A stretch of DNA of 64,000 bases from Gordius albopunctatus (lineage: Eukaryota), in the NCBI GenBank assembly GCA_964276515.1, contig OZ193909.1:10602001-10666000 (forward strand). Reading direction: 5' to 3'. Positions 1 to 11,505 of the stretch are shown piece after piece; the first letter of the stretch is position 1; the number at the start of each line of letters is the position of its first letter. A program made the translations under genes and the position numbers. The notes beneath the pieces were generated by a model. The model saw nothing but the letters and a program-made list of their open reading frames with translations, was not told the origin of the DNA and did not search any database.

Positions 1-496
1 ATTATTATCTTATAATTTTTAATCGCCTATACATTGATTTTATTAAATATAGCATAAATCATAATTTAAAATTTATAAAAATTATTATGAGATATTCAAA
101 TAAATAGAGGGTATATATAGAATAACGTTAAAATAGACTCCCTCGTTTTAGTAGTTATACATGGCTGCCAAAATTGGCATCATTTTTTAAGGAAATGAAT
201 CTGATTAGTCTATTGGTCACCATCATGCGGCTTAGAAATATTCTTTACGAGGGACAAAATCTATTTAATTAAGTTTAGAAATTTTTTGGCCTTTAGAAAT
301 TAAACTGTTTGTGGCGAATCCTATAGGCGCATTCACATATCGGTTTACCTGACTTTCGCTAACGCGTATCTTTAGCCAAATGACATGTTACCTTAAAGTT
401 TCCTTTTAGACGCTTCCTAGCTCAGTTATACAATCTTTCTCTTAGATCCCATGAACTTGACTCCTCTTTACTTTAAATGCTTCCCCAATGGGAAGC

Positions 497-527
497 CCCA
501 ATAGTCACGTGACACGTGGCTATATAA
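497..527 (+). promoter_or_regulatory. CCAAT + two CACGTG E-boxes + TATATAA; left copy of a 31-nt direct repeat
   Basis: cccaatagtcacgtgacacgtggctatataa; repeated at 2002-2032 with 2 mismatches. Confidence 0.55.
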
Positions 528-2001
528 CCTCTAATGCTAAGGGACCCGGATCAACGCGTGCAGAAACGCGATAGACACGAAGCGAAATACGCTATACTAA
601 TGTCCCAAGTCTGCCTCCCTACGTCGCTCCAGGATGTGTTAATCGCACACGATAAGCAGTTAAAAACCTTATGCCTGGCCATCAAATATAACTGGGACAC
701 GGCAGTTAAACACGACATGACCTGGTTAACGGACATGGGCTTCACAAACGTGGACATATCCATGCCCAAGTCCCTGAAAAAGTCGTTTTTCCCAGGAGCT
801 GGCAGGGGCCGAAGAAAAAAGTCGGGCCAAAACTTCCAGTTCACGGCAAAGATCGATCTCAAAGACGCGTTCTTTAGTATCCCGCTTCACAGAAATGGCA
901 AAAAGTACTGCGGATACAAATGGAGAGATAAATTATACCAATACAATGTCCTGCCCATGGGGGCGTCCTTTTCGCCCTACGTATTACAATCAATAGTAGG
1001 GGACATGGTAAAAAAGGCTGTAACCAAGTGCAACTACAACGTCTACCTAGACGACATCCTAATCTTTGCTGACAACAATGACGACGTGGTGGAGAATCTG
1101 AGCAACATCACCACCATGGCCTCCGATTGGGGCCTTACGATAAACACGAAAAAAGTCGTCATGGCACCCTGAGACCAAGCTCGAGTATCTGGGACTCGTA
1201 CTGGACTTCAAACACACTTAATCAAGTGCTCATCCGAAACCCAAATAAGACTTACGTACGCAGCGGACATTCTCTTCTTGTTCCTGTCCGCAGCCACGCC
1301 ACCAAACGATTACTCTCTCTTGGAGGCATTAGGGGTCCTCAATTATTTCTTTTATAACCTGACGGGAATGCCTAGACTCTTCAGCACTTTCTACGCAATA
1401 GCAGCGCTAAACACCACAACACACGATAGGATAGCAGCACACGCCAAGATACAAGGGTGTCTCGCTATCCTAACACAAGTCATCCCACTACACCACGACC
1501 ACGACACGGCATATACGCCGACGCATCCAACGAACACTTCGGAATTTATTGGAACGACCAAAACTTCTTGATATCTTTCTCAGACGCCGCCGAAGCGATC
1601 AGGCTATTATGGATACACATCGGGCAGATTACGGCCACGGAAACACTCGCAGCAATCTAGATTTACAACGGGTACCGATTCCCCAATGTCATCACTGACT
1701 CGACAACAGCATACTTTGTCCTACTGAAGGGAGGATCGAACTCCCCAATAATCGAAAGACGTATCTCACCTCTTACGATTGCACTTAACCTTAGATGGAC
1801 ATCATCCGCAACCAACCCAGCTGATACACCGTCAAGGATATGGCTACCGCCCGAAAGATACGTAGTGCCGAACCAACACACAAATGCGATACCACAAGGA
1901 GTCGAGATCCCAGACTTGGAAAATATCGAGGAGCAAATAGGCCTCGGTTTTTGGGAAGTCGAAAATTCCGCGGAGACAAACGAGGAAAACAGAGCAGAAA
2001 T

Positions 2002-2032
2002 CCCAATAGTCAGGTGACACGTGGTTATATAA
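2002..2032 (+). promoter_or_regulatory. Right copy of the 31-nt CCAAT/E-box/TATA direct repeat, overlapping the RT-RNase H stop codon
   Basis: cccaatagtcaggtgacacgtggttatataa, 29/31 identical to 497-527. Confidence 0.55.
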
Positions 2033-2813
2033 ACACGAAATACAGCATCACCATCATTTGCTCGCTTTTTATTACGCATACCTGCCCTCCTTTGTTCACT
2101 CACCCTTCTTATCCCCAAAACTTTCGCCTTTATAAATACGCAATACTTATATACAAAAATAGCGTTAATTAAAGCCCCTGGTGAAACAAGTAAGCGTAAC
2201 CAGGGGATCTGGGAGAAGGGCCATATCCTTCTCTCAGATTTAATAACAGTTGTTAACATGGCTTAATAATTAAATCATACTAATGCCCAAATAAATGACT
2301 GAGATTTAATACAAAATTTTAAAAGACATCTTAAAGTAATTATACCAATTAAACATGCGCATGTATATAATAAACTTAGCATAAAAAGAGAAGGATACTT
2401 TGAAATGAGTTGACTTTTTCCTGAAATTTCCTTATATCAAATCTGCTAATTAACTTATATTACTGCTCAGGCATATTGCTCATTGACTACGTTTGCCATT
2501 GATGCTCATGTCCCACTTCGCCCATCCGCATTCTACTGATACATCTACATCCTCATGCACAAATAGCATTAAACAGCATTTTTGCAGGGCGAAACAAGTA
2601 CCGAGCAGTTCTCACCGTATCATTTAAGCTAGAGCGATTTGTAGCAATCCGTATTAATTATGAAGCTTTAAAATTTAATCAATTTATTTAATTAATAAAG
2701 GCAGAATTAAGGAAACAATAGTTATATAATACTAGTTAACGGCTTTAATCCCGTAAAACAGCATTTACATCGATCATTAATGTTTATATGCGATTAGTAT
2801 GCGTTATAGTGCT

Positions 2814-3395
2814 TCAATGTAAGGATATATCGATATAATCAAAAAACCTCAGGTCACACTGGAGAGCTAATTGCTGGGCAAAAAAACTAACGGCTCTAAG
2901 ATTTCTTGATGCCTTGCACAAATAAAATGGTTTAATAAAACAACCTGATAGTATGATTCGATAAAATGAAAGATCGTTAAATGTCTTTATTTCAAGTCGC
3001 AAGTATAAATTATTTAATGGCCCTCGAACAATTCCATTTTTTGTTTTGCACTCATACTTTAGATCAATAAAGTCCAAAAGCAAACTTGACGTACGTGAAT
3101 TGTCATAAGTACTCCATATGCCGTGCAATGTTAGGCAAACTAGAATAATAAAATATTCGTTCATAAAAATATTCGGATTTTTGTGGATGAGAATAATTAA
3201 TAACAATATCAGTGATCCCAAATAATAAAACCAAACAAATGAAATGGAAATATCATGTAAAACATATAATTCTGAATTTGTATTGATTTTGGTGAACGGA
3301 TGATATACATTCTGTAACAAGCTTTCTTTTAAATTTTGTATAAATGATTTCGCAAAATTAATTTCCCAATGGGTAAAAATTCCAACGATCCTCAT
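2814..3395 (-). CDS. TMEM249: TMEM249 (CatSper-theta)-like two-TM membrane protein, single exon, 193 aa
   Basis: NVYHPF motif, two hydrophobic helices, then GPLNNLYLRL...YRIILSG...PFYL...LALQCDLRFFDY. This is collinear with my recollection of vertebrate TMEM249 (NSFYPF...GPLHLVYVRL...LVLGG...IARKLNINYFDY). Confidence 0.72.
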   Translation of the reverse strand: MRIVGIFTHWEINFAKSFIQNLKESLLQNVYHPFTKINTNSELYVLHDISISFVWFYYLGSLILLLIILIHKNPNIFMNEYFIILVCLTLHGIWSTYDNSRTSSLLLDFIDLKYECKTKNGIVRGPLNNLYLRLEIKTFNDLSFYRIILSGCFIKPFYLCKASRNLRAVSFFAQQLALQCDLRFFDYIDISLH

Positions 3396-3930
3396 ATGGT
3401 TTATAAAATACTGAATAAAAATATGGATTTAAAACTTTAATTTTGATTTCATCAATAAAATTAAAATGCATTTCTACATGTTTGATTGTTAAGGATAAAT
3501 GTAAATATTGATTTGAAAACACGTAAAATGTAATTATTAAAATTTGCTTAACAAAATCTAATATTCGACTATAAATAAGGGTGCAGGCCTAGATTCAAAC
3601 CTAACTATTAGGATGCCTTATGAGAGGCTGACAGAGCAATTAATTTAATTAGCTTTCTTTTAAAAAGAAAACAGATTTAACAGTCCCGGAGTAAAGTATG
3701 AAAACTTGGCATATCACTTGTTATTTATAATAACATGATTGGGAAAAGATTTTATAAAAGTACTCATCGAATTTGTAGTCACAATTATCATTACATATAA
3801 TATTTTACTTAAGTTGACATATTTTAATATATAATTATCCAAGTTTATAATCTTAAAATATTTATTTAGTTTATAATCTTTTAATTATTCAATAATTCCA
3901 AATTCTTCAATATCAAAAGTAAATTATTTG

Positions 3931-4089
3931 CATGGGCCTAGCAAGGGGGGGGGGAAGGCAGCTCCCCCCTTTAAATACAAAAATTTGACATTTATTAAAA
4001 CTATTGCTAACATTTCAAAAAATGTTCATTTCGCCCCTCCTTAAATCATTATTGCCCCCCCCCTAATTCCAATGTTGGCTACGTCCATG
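3931..4089. mobile_element. hAT-type MITE (CATGGGC/G..TAGC termini)
   Basis: catgggcctagc...gctacgtccatg, flanked by attatttg / gttatttg (7/8 TSD). Confidence 0.75.
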
Positions 4090-4182
4090 GTTATTTGTAT
4101 CACACTTATCATTTCCGATAGTTGCCACATTAAAATATTTTATTATTCCAATTTATTCCTCAGTATCAAAAGAAGTTTATAT

Positions 4183-4910
4183 AACTCGGGTTTTCGGCCC
4201 TCGTGGGAAGGGGGAGGGGGGAAGGGGAGGAGGGGAAGGGAAGAGAAGGGGAAAAGAGAAGGGGGAACGAAACTTATCTATACTCCGTATAAAAGCAGCA
4301 TATTTGCTATGCAATTTATGGTCGAGAATAGGGGGGGGGTATTAAATTCAAAATGATTAGTTAATTATTTATACAAATTCTCCATCACTTTGGTCAGTGG
4401 GGATCTTTTCTAATGGTTAGCAGACAGCCAAATAACTAGCCTATAATTATAATCAAGGAAAAAATCGATTTTAATCTCACTTTAGCCAATGGTCATTTTT
4501 TCATTGGTCAGTAGCCAGCGGACGGCCAAAAAGTCATATTATATAGTATTAACAAGAACAATATATTAATTAAATAATTAAAAAAATTTGCCCCCGCCGG
4601 GATTCGAAGCCACATCAGTAGAGTCATAAACCTTTGTAGGGGCACAGGGACCCATATCAGTAGAGGCATAGGTCCTTGTAGGAGGGCGCATAGGGTCATT
4701 ATCAATGTTAACCTAATAAACCAATTCAAAAACGAAAAACAAATTCGATTTATAATTTGGCCAATGGTCATTTTTTCATTGGTCAGTAGCCAGAGGAGAG
4801 CCAAAAAGTCATATTATCAATGATAGTAACAAGAACAATATATTAATTTAATTAAAAAAATTTTCCTCTCCGGGTATCGAACCAGCAAGTCAGAACGTTG
4901 TAAGGACGGA
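4183..4910 (-). mobile_element. DINE-1-like non-autonomous Helentron-associated element, copy A
   Basis: Terminal stem-loop ctcgggttttcggccctcg, subterminal IR ttgctatgcaatttatgg (~4303), ~280-bp central tandem units, and a GGAC microsatellite remnant. Confidence 0.75.
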
Positions 4911-5015
4911 TAAAACTTGACTAAATTAAAAAATCGATAAATGGGTTAGATTAAAATATAGACATGTGGGGTGGGAAGTTTGCAATAATAACAACATTAA
5001 AGAATACAGTGTGGA

Positions 5016-8000
5016 CTCAACCGAGCCAGAAATACCTTGTAGTGGTGGTTGTGTTTGTGTACTTTCGTGATCCAAGAAGCTATACCTTTGGTAGTCAAAC
5101 ACAATTTTTGTGTTTGTTACTGGTGGGGTCACCCTATTGGCAAGGTTCTTGGTGAAGGGTCAGACTAAAATTTCTGGACTTTTTGAGGGAGTACTAGTGA
5201 AATGGAAGTGCTAGACTAAGCCTATCAATAAAAGTTTAATTCACCAAAATGACGGCATCATAAAATATAGTAGGTAATCAAGCACCAAAATCTAACATAG
5301 TTCCGCCAGGCTTGGAAGGCCGGGATATCAATACTCCCTCATTCCATATAAACCAAAATGTATACTATGAAAGTTCGTAATAATGAAAGTAATGAAAGCG
5401 CTAGGGCGTCCTCCGTAAACGACGCGCATGGTAGGCGCCCGTATCATGTAAAAAATCAACGAGGGTCCTTAAATCTTCCACAAACGGATGTAGTTAAAGA
5501 AACTAGTTTGCTAAAGACGAGATTGAGAGTGGGCTCGCTAAATGCTAACGATGACTGCAAAATGCCGAGAAGTTGCTGACACCCTCAGCAAGCGACGGAT
5601 CGATATAGGGTGTATACAGGAAACAAGATGCAAAGGCGCAAAAGCAAGGATGATAGGTGAAGACTATAAACTTTACTTCAATGGCCTGGAAACGAATAAA
5701 AATGGCGTGGCAATCATATTAGCTTTCCATCTGCAAGAAAAAGTAATTGAGGTACAAAGAAAAAGTGGGCGACTCATGATGTTCAAACTATGCATAGAAG
5801 GTCAAATGATTAATGTAGTTTGCGGATATGCTCCGCAAACAGGATGCGCAGATGAAGAAAAGGAGGACTTTCGGCAAAAATTAGACGAAACGCTGCGAAT
5901 GATACCCAGAGCTGAGATAGTTATAATTGGAGCGGATATGAATGGTCACGTAGGCAAAACAAGAGAAGGATTTGAACGGTATCATGGTGGAAATGAATAC
6001 TGAGCGAGAAACGATAAAGGCGACGAAATATTGAAAATAGCTGTTGCATTTGATTTGGCTATCACACATACCTTCTTCAAAAAGAATGTAAATCACCTAA
6101 TAACGTACAAAAGTGGAAATCGATCTTTGCAGATTGACTTCCTCCTAATATCTAGAAAGGAATTAAAGAATTTACGAGATTGTAAGGTGATACCATGTAG
6201 AGGCCTGCATGGATCACCCGAAACCCGACCCAACCATTTAAAAACACTTTCGTGCCGGGTTCGGGTTGAAAATTTTAGAATGCGTTGAGGTCGGGTCGGG
6301 TTGGATTTATAAAGTCGGGTCAAAGGATATGAATCTTACATTACAAAATAAACTAAACGTATTTGTTAAATTAATGCTATTATCTATAATTTTTGTAAAA
6401 CAATATCGAATTGTATAACTAATTATAATCATTCATTCATATAACCAATTTCCTTTTCTATTTTTTTAATTCGTTTAATTTGGAGGCAAATTTAAATTAA
6501 AAGCTGAATTACGAAAGGTAAAATATTAAAAAATGAATATTTATTATTGTTTATAGTCTATCCGGCATTGTCCAAATTGGCCCGTAAATTTTTGGCCATA
6601 CCCGCTTCTTCTACCAGTAGTGAGAGGTCCTTTTCCACTGCTGGTAGAATTATAGAAGAGAGAAGGTCAAATTTACGCCCCGAAATTGTAGACGCGACAA
6701 TATTTATACATCATTATGGTAAATCAATTTAATAAATATATTAATCAAATTTTATATGATCATTTCTGTCGAATAAATTTTTCATCCTCAAATTTTTCTA
6801 TTTGGTCGCGTCTGGATTGAAAATTAAAAAACGCTTTAAGGTCGGGTCGGGTTCGGGTTGAAAATTTAAAAAGGCTTTCGGATCGGGTCGGGTTGAAAAT
6901 TTAAAAACGCTTTCGGGTGGGGTCGGGTTGAAAAAAAGTGACTTTGCAGGCCTCTAATACCAGGTGAAGCTATTGCAGCCCAGTATAGACTTGTTGTGAT
7001 GGACTATACCATCTCCAAGGCTAAAACACAAAGGCCGAAGAGATTAAATGGGAAAATCAAATGGTTCTGACTACCAAAATTGAAAGATATTTACAATGAC
7101 TAAATAGTTGAAAGGCTGCAAAAAGATGATCAGCAGAATGCTAACGATATGTGTAATAACATAGCTAACACGGTACAATCAGTAGCGAGATGTGTTCTAG
7201 GAAAAGGTAAACCTTGTATACAAAAAGATAAGGAGAGATGATCGTGGAACGAAGACGTGCCCTGGTCAAGTTGAAAAGAAAGCTTTACAAATTATGGTCA
7301 TGTAACAGAAATGAATAAACACGATTGGCATATGCGAAAGCTAAAAACGAGGCAAAACGTTGTGTAGCCAAGGCTAAAATAGAGATCTACAAAATTTTGA
7401 ATGCCAAGTTAACCAGTAAAGAAGGGGAAAGAATGATCTACAAAATCGCAAAGACCATAGCAAGGAACTCAAAGGATGTGGTAAACGTAAAATCTAAAAA
7501 GAGCAAGGAAAGCATCAGTCTAACTCTGGACCATCAAATCATAGATCGTTGGGAAGAATACTATAAAGAATTATTAAACAGTGAAAATGTGTTTTCGGAC
7601 CACTGCGAAAGCAAGACCTATGAATATGACCCAGAGTTAGAAGTGACAGAGGAAGAGGTTGACGAGTTGTTTAAAAGATTACCATGAGTAGAGCGGTGAA
7701 ACCTGATAATATACCAATGGAAGCTTTTAAAATGCTAGGACCCTTAGGTGTACATCTACTTGGAAAGCTGTTTAAAAAAATAATTGCAAGTGGTATGATG
7801 ACTAATGAGTGGAGGAAAAGCTATGTTATACCTATATATAAATTGAAGGGATATGTACAAGAATGCAACAACTATCGAGTGATAAAGTTAACGAGTCACG
7901 TAATGAAGTTGTGGGAAAAGGTTATAGAAGCTAGACTCTGAAAAATAATATCAATAGATGAACGAAAATTTGGGTTCATGCCTGGAAAGTGGACTTCAGA

Positions 8001-9039
8001 TGCAATACATGGTCTTAGGAGACTTATGGAATTATATAAGGAAAAACAAAAGGATCTTCATAGGTGTTTCCTTGATCTTGAGAAAGCTTTCAATAAAGTG
8101 CCAAGGCAGTTGATATGGGATAGCCTGAGTTCCAATGGTGTACCCGACGCCTATATAATGTTAATAAAGGATATGTATAGAAACGCAAAAACCAAAGTTC
8201 CGACATCCAGTGGTATATCAAATGGATTCCGTCTAAATGTCGGTGTGCATCAAGGATCGGCCCTAAGTCCATTGCTCTTCCGCAGGCTCAAACGTGTAAT
8301 TAGCAGAGCAGGTAAAAGTGTGGATGGAAAGAATTGAAAGCAAAGGCCTTAGAGTCAACCGAGATAAAACTGAATATGTGTGCTTGCAGTCGGGGAATGA
8401 ATCAATGAAACACACCTGCAAATCGATCACCTGTGTTTAAGCAGCAGGAAAGAATTCAAATATTTTGGTTCTAAGGTACAATGTGTTGGGGGTGTGGAAA
8501 ACAAAATTAAGTCAATAAAAACGCAGGCTGGCTAAAATTCAGGGAGTTGAGTGGGGTTCTATGTGACAAGCACAGCACATACCACTCAAATTGAAAGGAC
8601 GGTTATATAACACGTTATTGTACCCACGGTATTTTATGGAGCGGAAACCTGGGCAATTAGGGCAAAAGAGGAGAAAAGCTTGGCTACAATGGAGATGTGA
8701 ATGTTAAGATGGATCTTGGGAATAAGCAAAAAGGACCATATAAGGAATCAAGAGATAAGGGATAAACTAAATGTAGTTCCAATTCAGAGAAAGTTGGTGG
8801 TAAGAAGATTGGTATGGCAATTTGGAGAGACGGGAGGAAAGTCACTTGGCAAATCGTATCAAGAAAGTGCAAGTCGAAGGTAAGCGAAAGAGAGGGAGAC
8901 CTAAACTGACATGGAAGAATAAAATAGATATGTACTTGAGAAGGTACGAGCTAAAGCAAAGCTGGTGTAAGTGCAGGAATAGATGGAGAACCTACTGGAA
9001 GGAGCTGACCACTAAATGTGACAAAGAGCTATAGGAAAA
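5016..9039 (+). mobile_element. Full-length decayed RTE-clade LINE (APE + RT), interrupted by a hAT
   Basis: APE motifs IGCIQETR, YAPQ, GADMNGHVG and QIDFLL; RT motifs FLDLEKAF and GVHQGSALSP; C-terminal GKRKRGRPK. 17-bp TSD aaagaatacagtgtgga at 4999-5015 and 9040-9056. Confidence 0.93.
6198..6956 (+). mobile_element. Non-autonomous hAT retaining only the C-terminal dimerization domain
   Basis: TIR tagaggcctgca / tgcaggcctcta; TSD ataccatg / ataccagg; ORF YPALSKLARKFLAIPASSTSSERSFS; subterminal (gggtc)n repeats. Confidence 0.92.
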
Positions 9040-9855
9040 AAAGAATACAGTGTGGATGGGGGACTGCAAATAAACTATTTACCTCGCTTGCAGCATGTGG
9101 GGTGATACACTAATTCCCCCCTTGTTTATTGATTAACCCATTTAAGCCTACCATCGTATATATCATACGCTAAGTGTACCATTTTTAATTAGCAAAATTG
9201 CAGACTTTAGTTAATAATATAGTTTAAGATGTGATTAACCATACTAATGAATTAATTTTTTTGATTATTAAATGTCTTTCATATCTCTTTAAAGAAGTAG
9301 TACTTTTGAAAATCAGGAAATATTGGGCTCTCTTTAACTATTGTATTTGTTTAAAATTTTCTACATAATAAACAATTACCGATTATATTTGATATTGAAA
9401 TTTATCTATAAGATGATATATAATTTATATAACATTAGCTGAATTTCCATATACATATATGCTTTTAAAATTGAATGTATGATAATTCATACAGTGGGCA
9501 GATGGTCATTTAAAACACTTCAGCAATAGGCATTTTTTGAGAATCAAATAAACAACTAATTAGGAAAATATTCAAGAATTTGTTTCAGTTATTTTACACC
9601 CTTGCCTGGGAATATCTAGGACAGGTGATGGGGGGGGGGCAGTTGCCCCCTAATTTTAAAAAATTGTAAATATAAAACAAAATAACGTTAAAATTTCAAA
9701 ATATTATCATTTAGCCACCCCTCAATCAAACATTTTGCTCTCCTTCTCTATGGAATCATCTCTTAGGCCCTTGCAAGTCTTTTTAAACTTCATTGGAACC
9801 TAGAAGACTGCCAAATAGCCTATATTTAAAATATAAAAAAAATTTGATACAATTT

Positions 9856-10960
9856 AGCCAATGGTCATTTTTTCATTGGTCAGTAGACAGGACACGGTCA
9901 GAAAGTCATATTATCAATGGTATTATCAAGAAAAATATATTAATTTAATTAAAAATTTTTTTTTTGCCCTCTCCGGGATTTAAACCCACATCAGTAGAGA
10001 CAGAGGTTTTTGTAGGGGGGGGCACAGGGAACCATATCAGTAGAGGCATAGTCCCTTCTAGGGGAGGGCATAGGGTAAATATCAATGTTAACCTAATATA
10101 CCAATTCAAAAACAAAAAAAAAATTCGAATCACAATTTGCCCAATGGTCATTTTTTTCATTGGTCAGTAGCCAGTGGACGGCCAAAAAGTCATATTATCA
10201 ATGGTATTAACGAGAACAATATATTAATTTAATTACAAAATTTTTTTTGCCCTCTCTGGGATTCGAACACACATCAGTAGAGGCATAGGCTTTTGTGGGG
10301 GGGGGGGGCACAGGGACCCATATTAGTAGAGGCATAGGCCTTCTAAGGGAGGGCATAGGGTCATTATCAATGTTAACCTAATATACCAATTCAAAAAAAA
10401 TTTAAAAATTCCAATTCACAATTTGTCCTAAGGTCATTTTTTCATTGGTCAGTAGCCCGGACACGGTCAAAAAGTCATATTATCAATAGTATTAACAAGA
10501 ACAATATATTAATTTAATTTTAAAAATAAATAAAAATTTTACCCTCTCCGGGTATCGAACCAGAAATTAAGAATTTGCCCTAGCCCGGATCCGAACCCAC
10601 ATTAATAGAGGCATAGGCCTTTGAAGGGGGGGGGGGCACAAGGACCCATATCAGTAGAGCCATATGCCCTTGTAGGGGAAGGCATAGCGTAATTATCAAT
10701 GTTAACCTAATATACCAATTCAAAAACGAAAAAAAAAATCGTTTCACAATTTGGCCAATGATCATTTTTTCAATGGTCAGTAGCCAGAACACGGTCAAAG
10801 AGTCATATTATAAATGGTATTAACAAGAACAAAATATTAATTTAATTTAAAAAATTTTTTTGTCCTCTCCAGGTATCGAACCAGCAAGTCAGAGAGTTGG
10901 AAGGACGGACGGACAACGGACGGACAACAAAAAGCGAGCCCATAAATTGCATAGCAATTA
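9856..10960 (-). mobile_element. DINE-1-like element copy B with about 4 tandem 283-328 bp units
   Basis: Unit starts gccaatggtcatttt recur at ~9857, 10140, 10426 and 10754. Ends with (ggac)n and subTIR cccataaattgcatagcaa at 10939-10957. Confidence 0.85.
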
Positions 10961-11090
10961 ATAATTTCAAAAAAAATTGATAAATAATACTATTAAACAT
11001 AAATTTATTAAGAATATATATAGACTACCCAATTAAGAGAAGGGGGGGGGGGTAAATTTGGTGCAAAAAATTTCGATTATACAAAAATAA

Positions 11091-11382
11091 ACTCGGGCCT
11101 TCGGCCCTCGTTGGAAGGAGGAGGGGGGAACGGAAGGGGGAATGAAACTCATCTATACTCCGTATAAACGTAGCATATTTGCCATGCAATTTATGGGTGA
11201 GAAAGGTGGGAAGAGGCGAGAATACCTATAGGGGGTATTAAATGCAAAATGATTAGTTAATTATTTATATAAATTTTCCATTTAATTAAAAATTTTTTTT
11301 GTCTTTTCCGGGATTCGAACCAGCAATTAAGATACATGTTGGACGGACGGACGACAACAAAAAGCGAGCCCATAAATTGCAT
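11091..11382 (-). mobile_element. Short near-complete DINE-1-like element copy C
   Basis: Hairpin ctcgggccttcggccctcg, inner subTIR ttgccatgcaatttatggg, (ggac)n, outer subTIR cccataaattgcat. Confidence 0.82.
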
Positions 11383-11505
11383 TTTTAAATTTTGTGATTT
11401 AGATCAATTCTTTAAGACCTCGAATGGCTAAAAGGCAAAATTTGCGTAGTATTATTACTGAATCCATTGAGGTTTATTATAAATTAACAATATTTATCCA
11501 CTCTC

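Larger units (their letters stand above)
497..2210 (+). mobile_element. DIRS-related RT/RNase H retroelement copy 1 (decayed; no tyrosine recombinase visible)
   Basis: ORF 534-1172 has RT motifs KIDLKDAFFSIPL, YQYNVLPMGASFSP and VYLDDILI. After a frameshift near 1170 come KLEYLGLVLD and the RNase H motifs IYADAS (~1510), TETLAAI, ITDSTTA and RWTSSATNPADTPSR (~1793-1838). The frame ends at TGA 2015-2017. Several frameshifts and stops are present. Confidence 0.85.

Noticed and set aside
534..2017. Endogenous hepadnavirus/nackednavirus
   Set aside because: The RNase H and PMG motifs are reminiscent, but no terminal-protein domain or SRLVVDFSQFS block is visible, the motif is YLDD rather than YMDD, and copy 2 has a DIRS-style PK.DGS N-terminal RT block.
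1663..2259. 198-aa minus-strand ORF over the RT element
   Set aside because: Antisense shadow of the RNase H frame; no YR or other recognisable motif.
2587..2605. GGCGAAACAAGTA as a hammerhead 3' core (also GAAACAAGTA at ~2183)
   Set aside because: No properly placed CUGANGA or stem II upstream.
5016..5350. HDV-like ribozyme in the RTE 5' UTR
   Set aside because: Such ribozymes are known in RTEs, but I could not fold a nested double pseudoknot by eye.
9856..10960. CRISPR-like array or tRNA gene cluster
   Set aside because: The units are ~285-bp tandem copies without unique spacers, and only a T-arm-like fragment is present, with no full cloverleaf.
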